Shown piece after piece: positions 9,428 through 18,708 of a stretch of DNA of 64,000 nucleotides. A program made the translations under genes and the position numbers. Each line of letters opens with the position of its first letter. Positions within the stretch are counted from its first letter, which is position 1. The notes under the pieces were generated by a model. It made no database searches, was not told the origin of the DNA, and was given only the letters and a program-made list of their open reading frames with translations. The stretch spans positions 1 through 64,000 of the forward strand of contig CAWAUM010000005.1 in NCBI GenBank assembly GCA_963785235.1, in the 5' to 3' direction. This DNA comes from an uncultured delta proteobacterium (GTDB lineage: Bacteria; Desulfobacterota; Desulfomonilia; UBA1062).

Positions 9428-10792
9428 GTGAGTATGGAACACATCATACAGAAGATCCATGCGCTCGCACGCTACCACGATGAGGTATCCCCCGAGCTTA
9501 TCAAGGCCAAGGACATCAAGCTGGGGCTCCGCAATTCGGATGGCACCGGTGTGGTGGTGGGCATCACTTCCAAGGGCACGGTATTCGGTTTCAAGAGGAT
9601 ACCCTCTGAGGATGGCAAGGGCCTCGTTGTCCAGCCTGCCCCGGGAAGGCTGCTCTACTGCGGGTACGATGCCATTGACCTTGCCGGCAAGATCCAGGCT
9701 GAAGACCGGTTCGGCTTTGAAGAGGTGGCCTATCTTCTGCTCACCGGAGAGCTCCCGAACCGTATAGACCTGAAGAATTTTTCGGAACTGCTCAGCAAGG
9801 GTAGGTCGCTCAATAAGGTTGAACGGGGCATCATCACCCAGGAGGCGGAGAACGAGAACCAGATGTTTGCGCTGCACTCGGTCATATCACACCTGAGCAG
9901 GTGCGACCCAAACCCGGTCTCCCTGGATCTTAAAGATGTGATCATGACATGCATCAACCTCATCGCCAAGTTCCCCACTGTGGTTGCATACAACTACAAG
10001 GTGTCCCGCTACCGTCAGGGTGGAAGCCTGCGCATCATCCCGCCGGACCCGGATCTCTCCATGGCGGAAAACTTCCTCTACATGCTCAAGGGCACAAGGC
10101 CGCATCATGAAGAGGCAATGCTCTTTGACCTCTCCCTCATGCTGCATGTAGAGCACGGTGGAGGAAACAACTCCACCTTCACGGTGCGCACTGTTTCATC
10201 CAGCGGCGCCAACACCTATATGGCCATCTGTTCGGGCATTGCCTCCTTGAGCGGCCATCTCCATGGAGGCGCCAATGAGGGGGTCATGAAGATGATGAAG
10301 GATGTGAAGAAGCATGTGAAGAACTGGGAAGATCGCAATCAGGTGAGAAAGTACCTGACCAAGATCCTCGACGGTAAGGCCCATGACGGTGCAGGCAAGA
10401 TCTACGGCATAGGTCATGCGGTCTATACGGTATCCGATCCCAGGGCCGAGATCCTTTTGAAGAAGGCTGAGGAAATGGCCGGCAAGAAGGAGCTTCAAAA
10501 AGAGCTGAACCTCATGAGGCTTGTGGCCGAGATCGGCAGTGAGCTCGTACGCGAACGCAAGGGCCAGATCGTGGCCCCGAATGTAGACTTCTACTCCGGG
10601 CTTGTCTACAAGATGCTTCACATCCCTATTGACCTTTTCACCCCCATCTTTGCCATGGCGCGGGTAGTCGGCTGGTCTGCGCATCGGATCGAGCAGATCA
10701 TCCAGGCCAAGCTCATACGGCCTGCATATGTGAGTTCGCTGCCAAAGGAATCCGAATACGTACCACTTGATGAGAGAGGGATTGACCCTTAG
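9428..10792 (+). CDS. gltA: Citrate synthase
   Basis: EHGGGNNSTF, LHGGANE, GIGHAVY..DPRA and PNVDFYSG motifs. Confidence 0.9.
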   Translation: MSMEHIIQKIHALARYHDEVSPELIKAKDIKLGLRNSDGTGVVVGITSKGTVFGFKRIPSEDGKGLVVQPAPGRLLYCGYDAIDLAGKIQAEDRFGFEEVAYLLLTGELPNRIDLKNFSELLSKGRSLNKVERGIITQEAENENQMFALHSVISHLSRCDPNPVSLDLKDVIMTCINLIAKFPTVVAYNYKVSRYRQGGSLRIIPPDPDLSMAENFLYMLKGTRPHHEEAMLFDLSLMLHVEHGGGNNSTFTVRTVSSSGANTYMAICSGIASLSGHLHGGANEGVMKMMKDVKKHVKNWEDRNQVRKYLTKILDGKAHDGAGKIYGIGHAVYTVSDPRAEILLKKAEEMAGKKELQKELNLMRLVAEIGSELVRERKGQIVAPNVDFYSGLVYKMLHIPIDLFTPIFAMARVVGWSAHRIEQIIQAKLIRPAYVSSLPKESEYVPLDERGIDP

Positions 10793-10868
10793 AATTACTC
10801 CCCTATGCCGTGGCGGTATGTCAGCTTTCATTGACGCAACGCTCCTTAATTGGTAAGTCTTTGCCAGT

Positions 10869-12044
10869 ATGGTTGCTGTACGCATGACACGCATGTCCCG
10901 CGAACTCTCTTTGTTTATCGTGGCTTCATTGGCCATGGGCATGGCGTACAGCATTATTGACGCTACGTTTAATAATTTCCTGAATGAGCGTTTCGCCCTG
11001 AGCGGGTTCGAGAGATCTTTTCTTGAGATCCCCCGTGAGATCCCGGGCTTGCTTGTGGTTTTTGCCTCAGCCCTGCTCTGGTTTCTCTGCAGCCGCCGCC
11101 TTGCCGTCGTAGCCATGCTGCTTGGGGCGGCTGGAACCATGCTGATGGGCTTTGCCTCACCCACCTATGTGATCATGGTGCTCTGGTTGTTCATCTACAG
11201 TCTGGGCCAGCATATCTTTCTCCCCCTGTCTTCTGCAATCGGGATGGAACTGGCCGAACTGGGCAAGACAGGGCAGCGTCTGGGGCAGTTGAACGCAATC
11301 CGGAACCTGGCTGCCATATTCGGAAGTTTCCTGGTGTTTATCGGGTTCAAGTACCTGGGATTTACCTTCGGCCACACCTTTGCTTTAGCAGCTGTGGCCT
11401 TTATGACGGCAGCGCTTCTGATGTTCGCCATGAAACCGGAGCAGACACAAAAGCCGGCCCTTCATCTGAAACTCCACCGGGAATACCGGCTGTTTTATCT
11501 TCTCTCCGTGCTCTATGGTTCGCGCAAACAGCTGTTCCTCACCTTTGCGCCCTGGGTGCTGGTCACGATTTTTCATCAGCCCACGCAGACCATAGCCACA
11601 CTCTTGATGATCGGCGGGATTATCGGCATTGTCTTTCAGCCCTTGCTGGGATGGGCTACCGACCGCCTGGGGGAGCGGATAGTGCTTACGTGCGAGTCCG
11701 TGCTGCTGGTGTTTGTCTGTCTGGGGTATGGATTTGCCAGGTTCCTGGTATCTGAAAACACTGCGTTTCTTATTGCGTGCGGGTGCTTTCTTGTGGATCA
11801 GATGCTCATGAGCGTGAATATGGCCCGGTCCATGTATATGAAAAAGATAGCACTGCACCCCTCGCATGTCCAACCGGCCCTGACCATGTCAGTGAGTATT
11901 GATCATGTCTTTTCCATTATGGTTGCCTTGCTTGGCGGGTTGATCTGGAATCGTTTTGGTTTTCAGTATGTATTCCTGCTCGGCACATTCATAGCACTCG
12001 GTAATCTTCTGGCCGCGTTGCAGGTCCGCGTTCCCAGGTCCTAG
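10869..12044 (+). CDS. MFS transporter
   Basis: About 12 hydrophobic segments; GWATDRLGER motif. Confidence 0.85.
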   Translation: MVAVRMTRMSRELSLFIVASLAMGMAYSIIDATFNNFLNERFALSGFERSFLEIPREIPGLLVVFASALLWFLCSRRLAVVAMLLGAAGTMLMGFASPTYVIMVLWLFIYSLGQHIFLPLSSAIGMELAELGKTGQRLGQLNAIRNLAAIFGSFLVFIGFKYLGFTFGHTFALAAVAFMTAALLMFAMKPEQTQKPALHLKLHREYRLFYLLSVLYGSRKQLFLTFAPWVLVTIFHQPTQTIATLLMIGGIIGIVFQPLLGWATDRLGERIVLTCESVLLVFVCLGYGFARFLVSENTAFLIACGCFLVDQMLMSVNMARSMYMKKIALHPSHVQPALTMSVSIDHVFSIMVALLGGLIWNRFGFQYVFLLGTFIALGNLLAALQVRVPRS

Positions 12045-12106
12045 TCGTCACATGCGGCATTTCCCCATGAACCTTTGCTGCATGGAGATTGATAGAAGTG
12101 CCGGCT

Positions 12107-12607
12107 TTAATCGTTGGTTTTCAGGTTCAGCACATCGATAACGGTCTTGAGCAGCATGAAGAGAAAGCCCACTTCTTCTTCACTCATAGGTTCACTATCA
12201 TCATCTTCTTCAGGTTCTTCTGTTAATGAGTCAACCACATACCTGATCACATAAGGTTGAGGAGAGAGCTGTACCTCGGCTACCCTGTTGAAGAATTCGT
12301 CCTGGGCCTTTTCCAGCTTCTCCATGAGCCGTTCGTTTTCTTCATAGCATTCTATAATCTCTTCAGGCGTTACCGGCTGGATCTCCTTGCCGTATCCCTT
12401 CCTGAACATGTGGTATATGACAAAAAGCACATAGACAGCCAGTTCTCCGGCCTGCTCACTAAGGTCTTCAGTGAATTCAAGAATGAAAGAAAGAAGATCA
12501 GGTTGTATCTGTCCGAACTCCATCATCTCTTTTGTGGCCCGGCCTGAATCATAGTGGGCAATTTCCTGCCAGGTTTTTTCTACGAGCTTTTCGGATAAGG
12601 GTTCCAT
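12107..12607 (-). CDS. Acidic hypothetical protein
   Basis: 166-aa ORF with natural composition; no recognised motif. Confidence 0.7.
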   Translation of the reverse strand: MEPLSEKLVEKTWQEIAHYDSGRATKEMMEFGQIQPDLLSFILEFTEDLSEQAGELAVYVLFVIYHMFRKGYGKEIQPVTPEEIIECYEENERLMEKLEKAQDEFFNRVAEVQLSPQPYVIRYVVDSLTEEPEEDDDSEPMSEEEVGFLFMLLKTVIDVLNLKTND

Positions 12608-12681
12608 AGTCTTCTTCTTTCAGAGTGAATTTATCTATTACAATAAAGGCACGGCATCTTACGTCTACCCTAAATTCTACC

Positions 12682-12835
12682 GAGGCTATTGCTGAAACTC
12701 AAAAAGATGTGTCACCCCCCGCGAAAGCGGCTGTCGCAAAAGGGTGTTTTTTGTCGTCCCCGCGAAAGCGGGTCCAGGGATCCTGAAAACACTGGATTCC
12801 CGCTTCCGCGGGAATGACAATCTAGGATCTTTTAA
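12682..12835 (+). mobile_element. MITE-like element with CGTC-type REP dimer (nested/partial double copy)
   Basis: GTCACCCCCCGCGAAAGCG is interrupted by a second copy GTCGTCCCCGCGAAAGCGGGTCCAG...CTGGATTCCCGCTTCCGCGGGAATGAC. Homologous to 32830-32946 and 59882-59994. Confidence 0.7.
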
Positions 12836-13018
12836 TCCATCCGAGGTTATTACCGCAGCACGCGGATGCTATCTTCGATGTTAAAAACCATTCGTGGCGT
12901 GTTCACAGCAACCGTTGTGAGATCCAGTGTATACGCCATATCCGGCTGCAGACGCTGGTTAAGGTGGCTGAAAGCCGTGTTCCTGGCAGGATAAGTATGC
13001 TAATAAGATAAACAAACC

Positions 13019-14107
13019 ATGATGATGCTCCATGATTTTGCCATGACATTCATCTTTTTCGGGGGTGCCTTGTGCTTCCTCATGGCACTCGAGCAGGTCA
13101 CGGGCAGGGAGACCGGCCGCCTGAACATCCTCTCGTTTTCCCTGCTGATCTGCAACGGGCTCATCATCCTCGGGGTGGGCCTCAGTGTGAACCAATTCCA
13201 GGCCTCATACCCGTTGGCCGGGTTCCTTTTTTTCACCGCGCTCTTTGCCGTTGGCCCCTTGAATCTGTTCTACTACCATTCACTCCTGGATCCTGAACTG
13301 CCCCTTTCATATAAGACCAAGATCCATATCTTGCCCTCTGCAATCATCTTTCTCATTGATATCATTTTTCTTTTCCAGCCCCTTGCCTTCAAACAGCACC
13401 TGATTGAGGGCATGCTGAGAAACCCCTTGGACAGCCCCCTGAGCATCCTTGTTGCAATGGGCTGGACCCATGTGATCTCCTATCTCGTGTTCCTCCTCAT
13501 AGTGGAACTGGCGCTCTGGAAAATGGAAGAGATACGATCTGAAGTCAGGATTATTGCGCTTATTAACCTGATGGCCATCGTATCGGCCGCTGTCTTGGGA
13601 ATAGGTTTTGTCTTCACCATGATACCGTTGACCCTGGCCGGCGGGATCATGCTCTCCCTGATTCATGTGCTCATCTTCCTGGCGCGCCACCGCTATCCGC
13701 AATTCTTCCAGATCCTGAAGCACGAGATAAAACAGAAGCGCTACGAGCGGACACTTCTGGCAGGCGTGAACACCGAGCTCATCTACGCCCGGCTCATGGA
13801 ACTCATGAAGGAGGAGCAACTCTTCAAGGATATGGAACTTAACCTCAAGACGGTTGCCGATCTTCTGGCCATAACCCCTCACCAGCTCAGCCAGTTCCTG
13901 AACGAGCACATCAACCTGGACTTCCGCAATTTCATCAACCGGTTCCGGGTGGAAGAGGCCCAGCGGCTCCTGAGGGTGGACCCGGACATGAGCATTTTGG
14001 CGATCTGCTTCGAGGTTGGATTCAACTCCAAGTCCACCTTCAACACGGTGTTCAAGAAGGTTTCAGGCATGACACCCCGTGAGTTCAGGGTGAAGAAGGA
14101 TGGCTGA
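13019..14107 (+). CDS. AraC-family regulator with N-terminal multi-TM sensor
   Basis: About 7 TM helices followed by FINRFRVEEA..EVGFNSKSTFNTVFKKVSGMTP. Confidence 0.92.
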   Translation: MMMLHDFAMTFIFFGGALCFLMALEQVTGRETGRLNILSFSLLICNGLIILGVGLSVNQFQASYPLAGFLFFTALFAVGPLNLFYYHSLLDPELPLSYKTKIHILPSAIIFLIDIIFLFQPLAFKQHLIEGMLRNPLDSPLSILVAMGWTHVISYLVFLLIVELALWKMEEIRSEVRIIALINLMAIVSAAVLGIGFVFTMIPLTLAGGIMLSLIHVLIFLARHRYPQFFQILKHEIKQKRYERTLLAGVNTELIYARLMELMKEEQLFKDMELNLKTVADLLAITPHQLSQFLNEHINLDFRNFINRFRVEEAQRLLRVDPDMSILAICFEVGFNSKSTFNTVFKKVSGMTPREFRVKKDG

Positions 14108-14220
14108 ATGATCATCGTTCGGGCAGGTTAATGGCACTAAATTACATATGACAGCAATAAGATGCCCAGCATCACCCATGCCATTATTATTCCTGAATCA
14201 ACATCATGCCGGTCTGTCAG

Positions 14221-14277
14221 CGCCCAAGTATACAATCCTGGTCTCTTTTTTCGTCCTTATTTATAATCCCGGGCGAC
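14221..14277. promoter_or_regulatory. Candidate tandem operator upstream of the catabolic operon
   Basis: TCGTCC-N14-GGGCGA imperfect inverted repeat at 14251-14276, with a degenerate copy 31 nt upstream. Confidence 0.35.
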
Positions 14278-14343
14278 AAAATATATACTCAACGCTACTT
14301 TTAAATATAATTGTAACATTTTTACCATAAGTATAGGGAGGAG

Positions 14344-15204
14344 GTGATGCACTTGAAGAGTGATGCCTTTTTTCACGTTCCCATCTCGGACGTAAAGACG
14401 AGTGAGGGAAGGGTGGACCTACCCATGTTTTTTTACAACGTGGGCGTGAGGCACCTGAACTACTGGGTGGATTATGAACGGGTAGTGCCGAAGCTTGAAG
14501 GGACCGGCCTGGTGCCGTTGAGGTTCTTCAATGGCAAGGCCCTCGTAAGCCTCATCTTCTTCAACTACCGCGATGTGAGCATAGGGCCTTACGACGAGGT
14601 GACCATCACCATCGTGGTAAGGCCCGCAGCGTTCAAGGACCCGGGCGTCTACCTGCCCACCTTTCTCAGGCGTAGCGGTAAAGACTGGGGCAGCATAGGC
14701 GCATATGTCCTGGAGATGCCGGTAACCATCCCCCAGGCGAGGGCGGCAGGACGCGAAATCTGGGGCTTTCCCAAGTTCGAGACCAGGATCCCGTTCAGGC
14801 TCACCGGCAGGTCTTTTGAATTCGAGGTGAAAGACCCTCAGGCAAATGGGTTTATTGTGGCAGTGGAAGGCATGATGGGCCCTGGCATCCCGCTAAGGGC
14901 CACCGACCTGGTGACCTATTCGAACCTGAATGATTCCATATGGAAAACCATCATAGATGTGGATGCCACGTATACCTTGTGCACGGCAAAGAGAGTAAGC
15001 CTGAAGGTCGGCAGCAGCACCCACGGAATGGCAAAAAACGTGAATGATCTTGGATTAGCTGATATCAATCCGTTTTTGATCATGAGCTCGGACAACTTCA
15101 GGTCAAGGTTGAATCCGGGCAGCGGTGTCGCACCCTGGAAGACGCCTGAGCTTCCCTACCCGCCGGGCATAAAGAAATCAGACAGGACCAAGGGGAAGGC
15201 ATGA
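14344..15204 (+). CDS. Acetoacetate decarboxylase-like (ADC superfamily) protein
   Basis: IGPYDEV and AGREIWGFPK (Schiff-base Lys motif). Confidence 0.85.
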   Translation: MMHLKSDAFFHVPISDVKTSEGRVDLPMFFYNVGVRHLNYWVDYERVVPKLEGTGLVPLRFFNGKALVSLIFFNYRDVSIGPYDEVTITIVVRPAAFKDPGVYLPTFLRRSGKDWGSIGAYVLEMPVTIPQARAAGREIWGFPKFETRIPFRLTGRSFEFEVKDPQANGFIVAVEGMMGPGIPLRATDLVTYSNLNDSIWKTIIDVDATYTLCTAKRVSLKVGSSTHGMAKNVNDLGLADINPFLIMSSDNFRSRLNPGSGVAPWKTPELPYPPGIKKSDRTKGKA

Positions 15205-15992
15205 AGGACCTTGACGGTCTGAACGTTCTCATCACCGGCGCCGCAGGGGGGATCGGGAGGGAGTATGCGTATCAGCTCCTGGAATTGGGGAGTAACCTCA
15301 TTCTCACCGACCTGGATGCCGACCGGCTCGCAGCAATGGCCAGGGAGATCCTTGAATGCCCCGGGTCACGCCGTGGAACTATCCTCGGTCTTGTGGAAGC
15401 AGACATCTCGGATCCCCAGGGGTGCAGGGAACTCTACGACAGGAGCAGGGAACTTGCAGGTGAAGTGGATATGCTCATCAACAATGCAGGCATCATCACC
15501 TATGGCGATTTCCAGGATGTGCCACAGGAGCAGTGGGAGACACTCATGCAGGTGAACCTGCTGGCGCCCATGCGCCTTACCTTCCATTTCCTGCCTGATA
15601 TGGTCAGGAGGGGAAAAGGGCACCTCGTGTTCATGTCGTCCGTTGCCGGTTTCGTAGCAACCTCACAGGGCACGCCGTATTCGTGTTCAAAATTCGGCCT
15701 GAGGGGCTTCGGCATGGGCCTTTCCGGGGAACTCAGGGACAAGGGCGTGGACGTGACCAACGTTTACCCCTGGTGGGTGAAAACCGAACTCCTGAAGTCA
15801 CGGGAATATGGAAAGGCCAGGATCGATAAGCTGCCGCTCCCCGGGCTCCTGGTGGACAAACCCGAAAGGGTGGTCCGCGAGATTATCAGGGGTATCCGGA
15901 ACCAGAAACTCCATGTGTATCCCGGTATATACGCCAAGCTCGCATACCAGGCCTCGCGGTGGACCCCTATCGTTTCACGCCAGGCACATTAA
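15201..15992 (+). CDS. Short-chain dehydrogenase/reductase
   Basis: TGAAGGIG, NNAG and YSCSK motifs. Confidence 0.92.
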   Translation: MKDLDGLNVLITGAAGGIGREYAYQLLELGSNLILTDLDADRLAAMAREILECPGSRRGTILGLVEADISDPQGCRELYDRSRELAGEVDMLINNAGIITYGDFQDVPQEQWETLMQVNLLAPMRLTFHFLPDMVRRGKGHLVFMSSVAGFVATSQGTPYSCSKFGLRGFGMGLSGELRDKGVDVTNVYPWWVKTELLKSREYGKARIDKLPLPGLLVDKPERVVREIIRGIRNQKLHVYPGIYAKLAYQASRWTPIVSRQAH

Positions 15993-16008
15993 TAAGGATT
16001 GAGGAGGG

Positions 16009-16896
16009 ATGCCAATGGAGAGGGTCGATACGCAATTTTTAAGCAAGGGACTCAGATGCTCGGCATGGCTTTACCTGCCTGATGGAAAGGAAAAACCACC
16101 GGTAGTGGTCATGGCCCACGGCTTTGCAGGGCAGAAGGACTTCGGCCTGCAGCCCTATGCCGAGTACTTTGCATCGCAAGGAATGGCTGTCTTTCTGTTT
16201 GATTACCGCAACTTCGGCAGCAGCCAGGGCGAGCCCAGGAACCTGGTGAATCCCTGGAGGCACCTTGCAGACTGGAAGGCGGCCCTTTCCCAGGTGCGGA
16301 CTCTAGGCCTTGTCGATGGGAGCAGGATCGCCCTGTGGGGCACCTCATTTTCCGGCGGGCATGTGATGGTAACCGCTGCACGGCAAGTGGGCATCAAAGC
16401 TGTCGTAGCACAGGTCCCCTTTGTTGACGGCATGGCTACGACCCTGCAGTTTCCTCTCTTATACCAGGCCCAGGGGCTTTATCACGGTCTCAAGGATCTG
16501 TTCTGCATGGTTACCGGAAAGGATCCCCACATGGTCCCTGCCGTGGCTGAGCCAGGGACCTTTGCCTGCATGAACACACCTGATGCCATGCAGGGATACT
16601 ATACCCTGGTACCCCCGGACTCACCCATGAAAAACGAGGTCCCGGCCAGGATCTGCCTGATAATATCTGCTTACCGGCCCATCATGTATGCGCACCGTAT
16701 TCAAAGCCCGGTACTCATCATGTATGCAAAGAACGACTCGCTGATCCCTGCAAAGGCAGTAGAGAAGATGGGTTCCAGGATTCCGAATGCAGAGGTTATT
16801 GGCCTTCAGGCAGGACATTTCGATGTGTACACGGGCGAACTGTTCAAACAGGTAGTGGAGAAGCAGGCGGAATTTTTAACGAAATATCTGAATTAA
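16009..16896 (+). CDS. Alpha/beta hydrolase
   Basis: HGFAG, FDYRNFG, GTSFSGG nucleophile elbow and GHFD. Confidence 0.9.
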   Translation: MPMERVDTQFLSKGLRCSAWLYLPDGKEKPPVVVMAHGFAGQKDFGLQPYAEYFASQGMAVFLFDYRNFGSSQGEPRNLVNPWRHLADWKAALSQVRTLGLVDGSRIALWGTSFSGGHVMVTAARQVGIKAVVAQVPFVDGMATTLQFPLLYQAQGLYHGLKDLFCMVTGKDPHMVPAVAEPGTFACMNTPDAMQGYYTLVPPDSPMKNEVPARICLIISAYRPIMYAHRIQSPVLIMYAKNDSLIPAKAVEKMGSRIPNAEVIGLQAGHFDVYTGELFKQVVEKQAEFLTKYLN

Positions 16897-16912
16897 CATG
16901 AGGAGATTTATC

Positions 16913-17774
16913 GTGCCCGGCATGAAGCATTTCCATGACAAGGCGGTATTTATCACAGGCGGGAGCAGTGGCATAGGGCTGGAGGCGGCACGCATGCTTG
17001 CTGCCTTGGGTGCACATGTCATGATCTTCGGCAGGGACCTGAAGAAGCTTGATGCCGCTCGCAGCGAGATCGCAACACAAAAGGTATCGAACAGCCAGAG
17101 GGTAATGGCTGTGCAGATGGACGTGTCAGACCGTGATGATGTTGATCGAAAGATAGCCCATGCCGTTCATGAATTCGGAACCCCGGATATCCTCATCAAC
17201 AGCGCAGGCATCGGTCATGCCGGTTACTTCGAGGATATAACCTAATGAGAAGTTCGACGAGGTGCTCCGTATAAACCTCTACGGGACCCGGAATGTCGTT
17301 GCAGCTATACTGCCTTTTATGAAACCCAGGGGTGGACACATCGTTAACGTTTCTTCCATGCTCGGTCTCATCGGGATATTCGGCTACAGCGCATACAGCA
17401 CATCCAAATTTGCCCTGGTCGGCTTCTCCGAATGCCTGAGAAGCGAACTGAAGCGTCACAATATCCTTGTGTCCGTATTCTGTCCACCAGAGGTGGACAC
17501 CCCCATGACGGATTACATGCAGACGAGCTCGCCGCCGGAGACGCGGGCACTTGTCAGGATGACGGGATTGATGAGTGTCCGGAAGGCGGCAGGGATTCTC
17601 CTGAAAGGGATCGAAAAGAAAAGGTTCCTCATCATTCCAGGATTCCTCTCAAAATGGACGTATCTCAACAAAAGATTATACCCTGGACTGACCGGCATGG
17701 TTATGGACATGGTCGTGAAGTTTACAAGAATAGTCCGGAAGAAGAAGATAATGCACGGAGAACATGATAGATAA
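16913..17774 (+). CDS. SDR, 3-ketodihydrosphingosine-reductase-like subgroup (indel near 17243)
   Basis: TGGSSGIG, NSAG, GYSAYSTSKFAL and CPPEVDTP. Joins ORFs 16898-17245 and 17262-17774. GTG start after an AGGAG RBS. Confidence 0.8.
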
Positions 17775-17831
17775 AAGGTTGACGGCGCCCAAAAAGAAAC
17801 ACCTAAAACCTGTGACAATGGGGAGGATTCA

Positions 17832-18661
17832 ATGCCGGGCATCAAGGATTTCAGGGGAAAGGTAACAGTCATTACAGGTGCGGGATCAGGTATCGGCAGG
17901 GCTACGGCCCTGGCCTTTGCAGCCCATGGGGCAGACCTGGTCATCGTGGACAAGGAGGAGGACCGCATTGCGGAAGTGGCTGCGGAGATTGAAGCCAAGG
18001 GGCGCCCGAGTCCTGACGCGGAAGGTGGATGTATCCGATCGGACCCAGGTGGAGGACCTTGCCAGGTTTGTGATAGCCGAGCGGGGCAGGGTGGACATCC
18101 TCTACAACAACGCCGGCATTGGTGTCGGAGGGGAGCTTTGAGTGCACAAGCTTGGAGGAGTGGGAGAGAATTTTTTCCATCAACTTCTGGGGTGTGCTCT
18201 ACGGCATAAGGGCCTTTCTGCCCCATATGATCGAGCGCAGGTACGGCCATATCGTCAACACATCGAGCCTTGCAGGGCTGTGCGCCATTCCGGGGATGTC
18301 GGCCTACTGTTCTACCAAGTTCGCCGTGGCCGGTTTGGGCGAGGCGCTCAGGGCAGAGGTGAGGAAGTACGGCATAGGGGTGAGCACAATATGCCCAGGT
18401 ATAATAAACACCCGCGTAGTGGCAGACGGATGCATGAACCTCAGGGAGGAGTCCCGTGCCAATAGGCAGACTGTTGTAGAATTCTACAAGAACTTCGGCT
18501 GGCCTCCCGAGCGGGTGGCCAGGGCCGTGCTGAGTGCGGTGCATCATAACCGTTCCGTAGTGCCCGTGGGGCCCGAGTCATGGATACAGTGGTTCAGCAA
18601 GCGTCTTTCACAAAAAGGTTATGAAGCGGCGAGTGAGCTTGTGGGAAGATTACTGATGTAG
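17832..18661 (+). CDS. SDR (two indels near 18000 and 18135)
   Basis: [14 protein letters not shown] and YCSTK motifs spread over three frames. Confidence 0.85.
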
Positions 18662-18708
18662 TCAAGTTTTTCACAATGAACAGACGTGACAATGAATAAG
18701 GAGGAGTA

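Noticed and set aside
12849-12995. Minus-strand open stretch (..FSHLNQRLQPDMAYTLDLTTVAVNTPRMVFNIEDSIRVLR*)
   Set aside because: It has no start codon, RBS or recognisable family; possibly a gene remnant, but it cannot be called.
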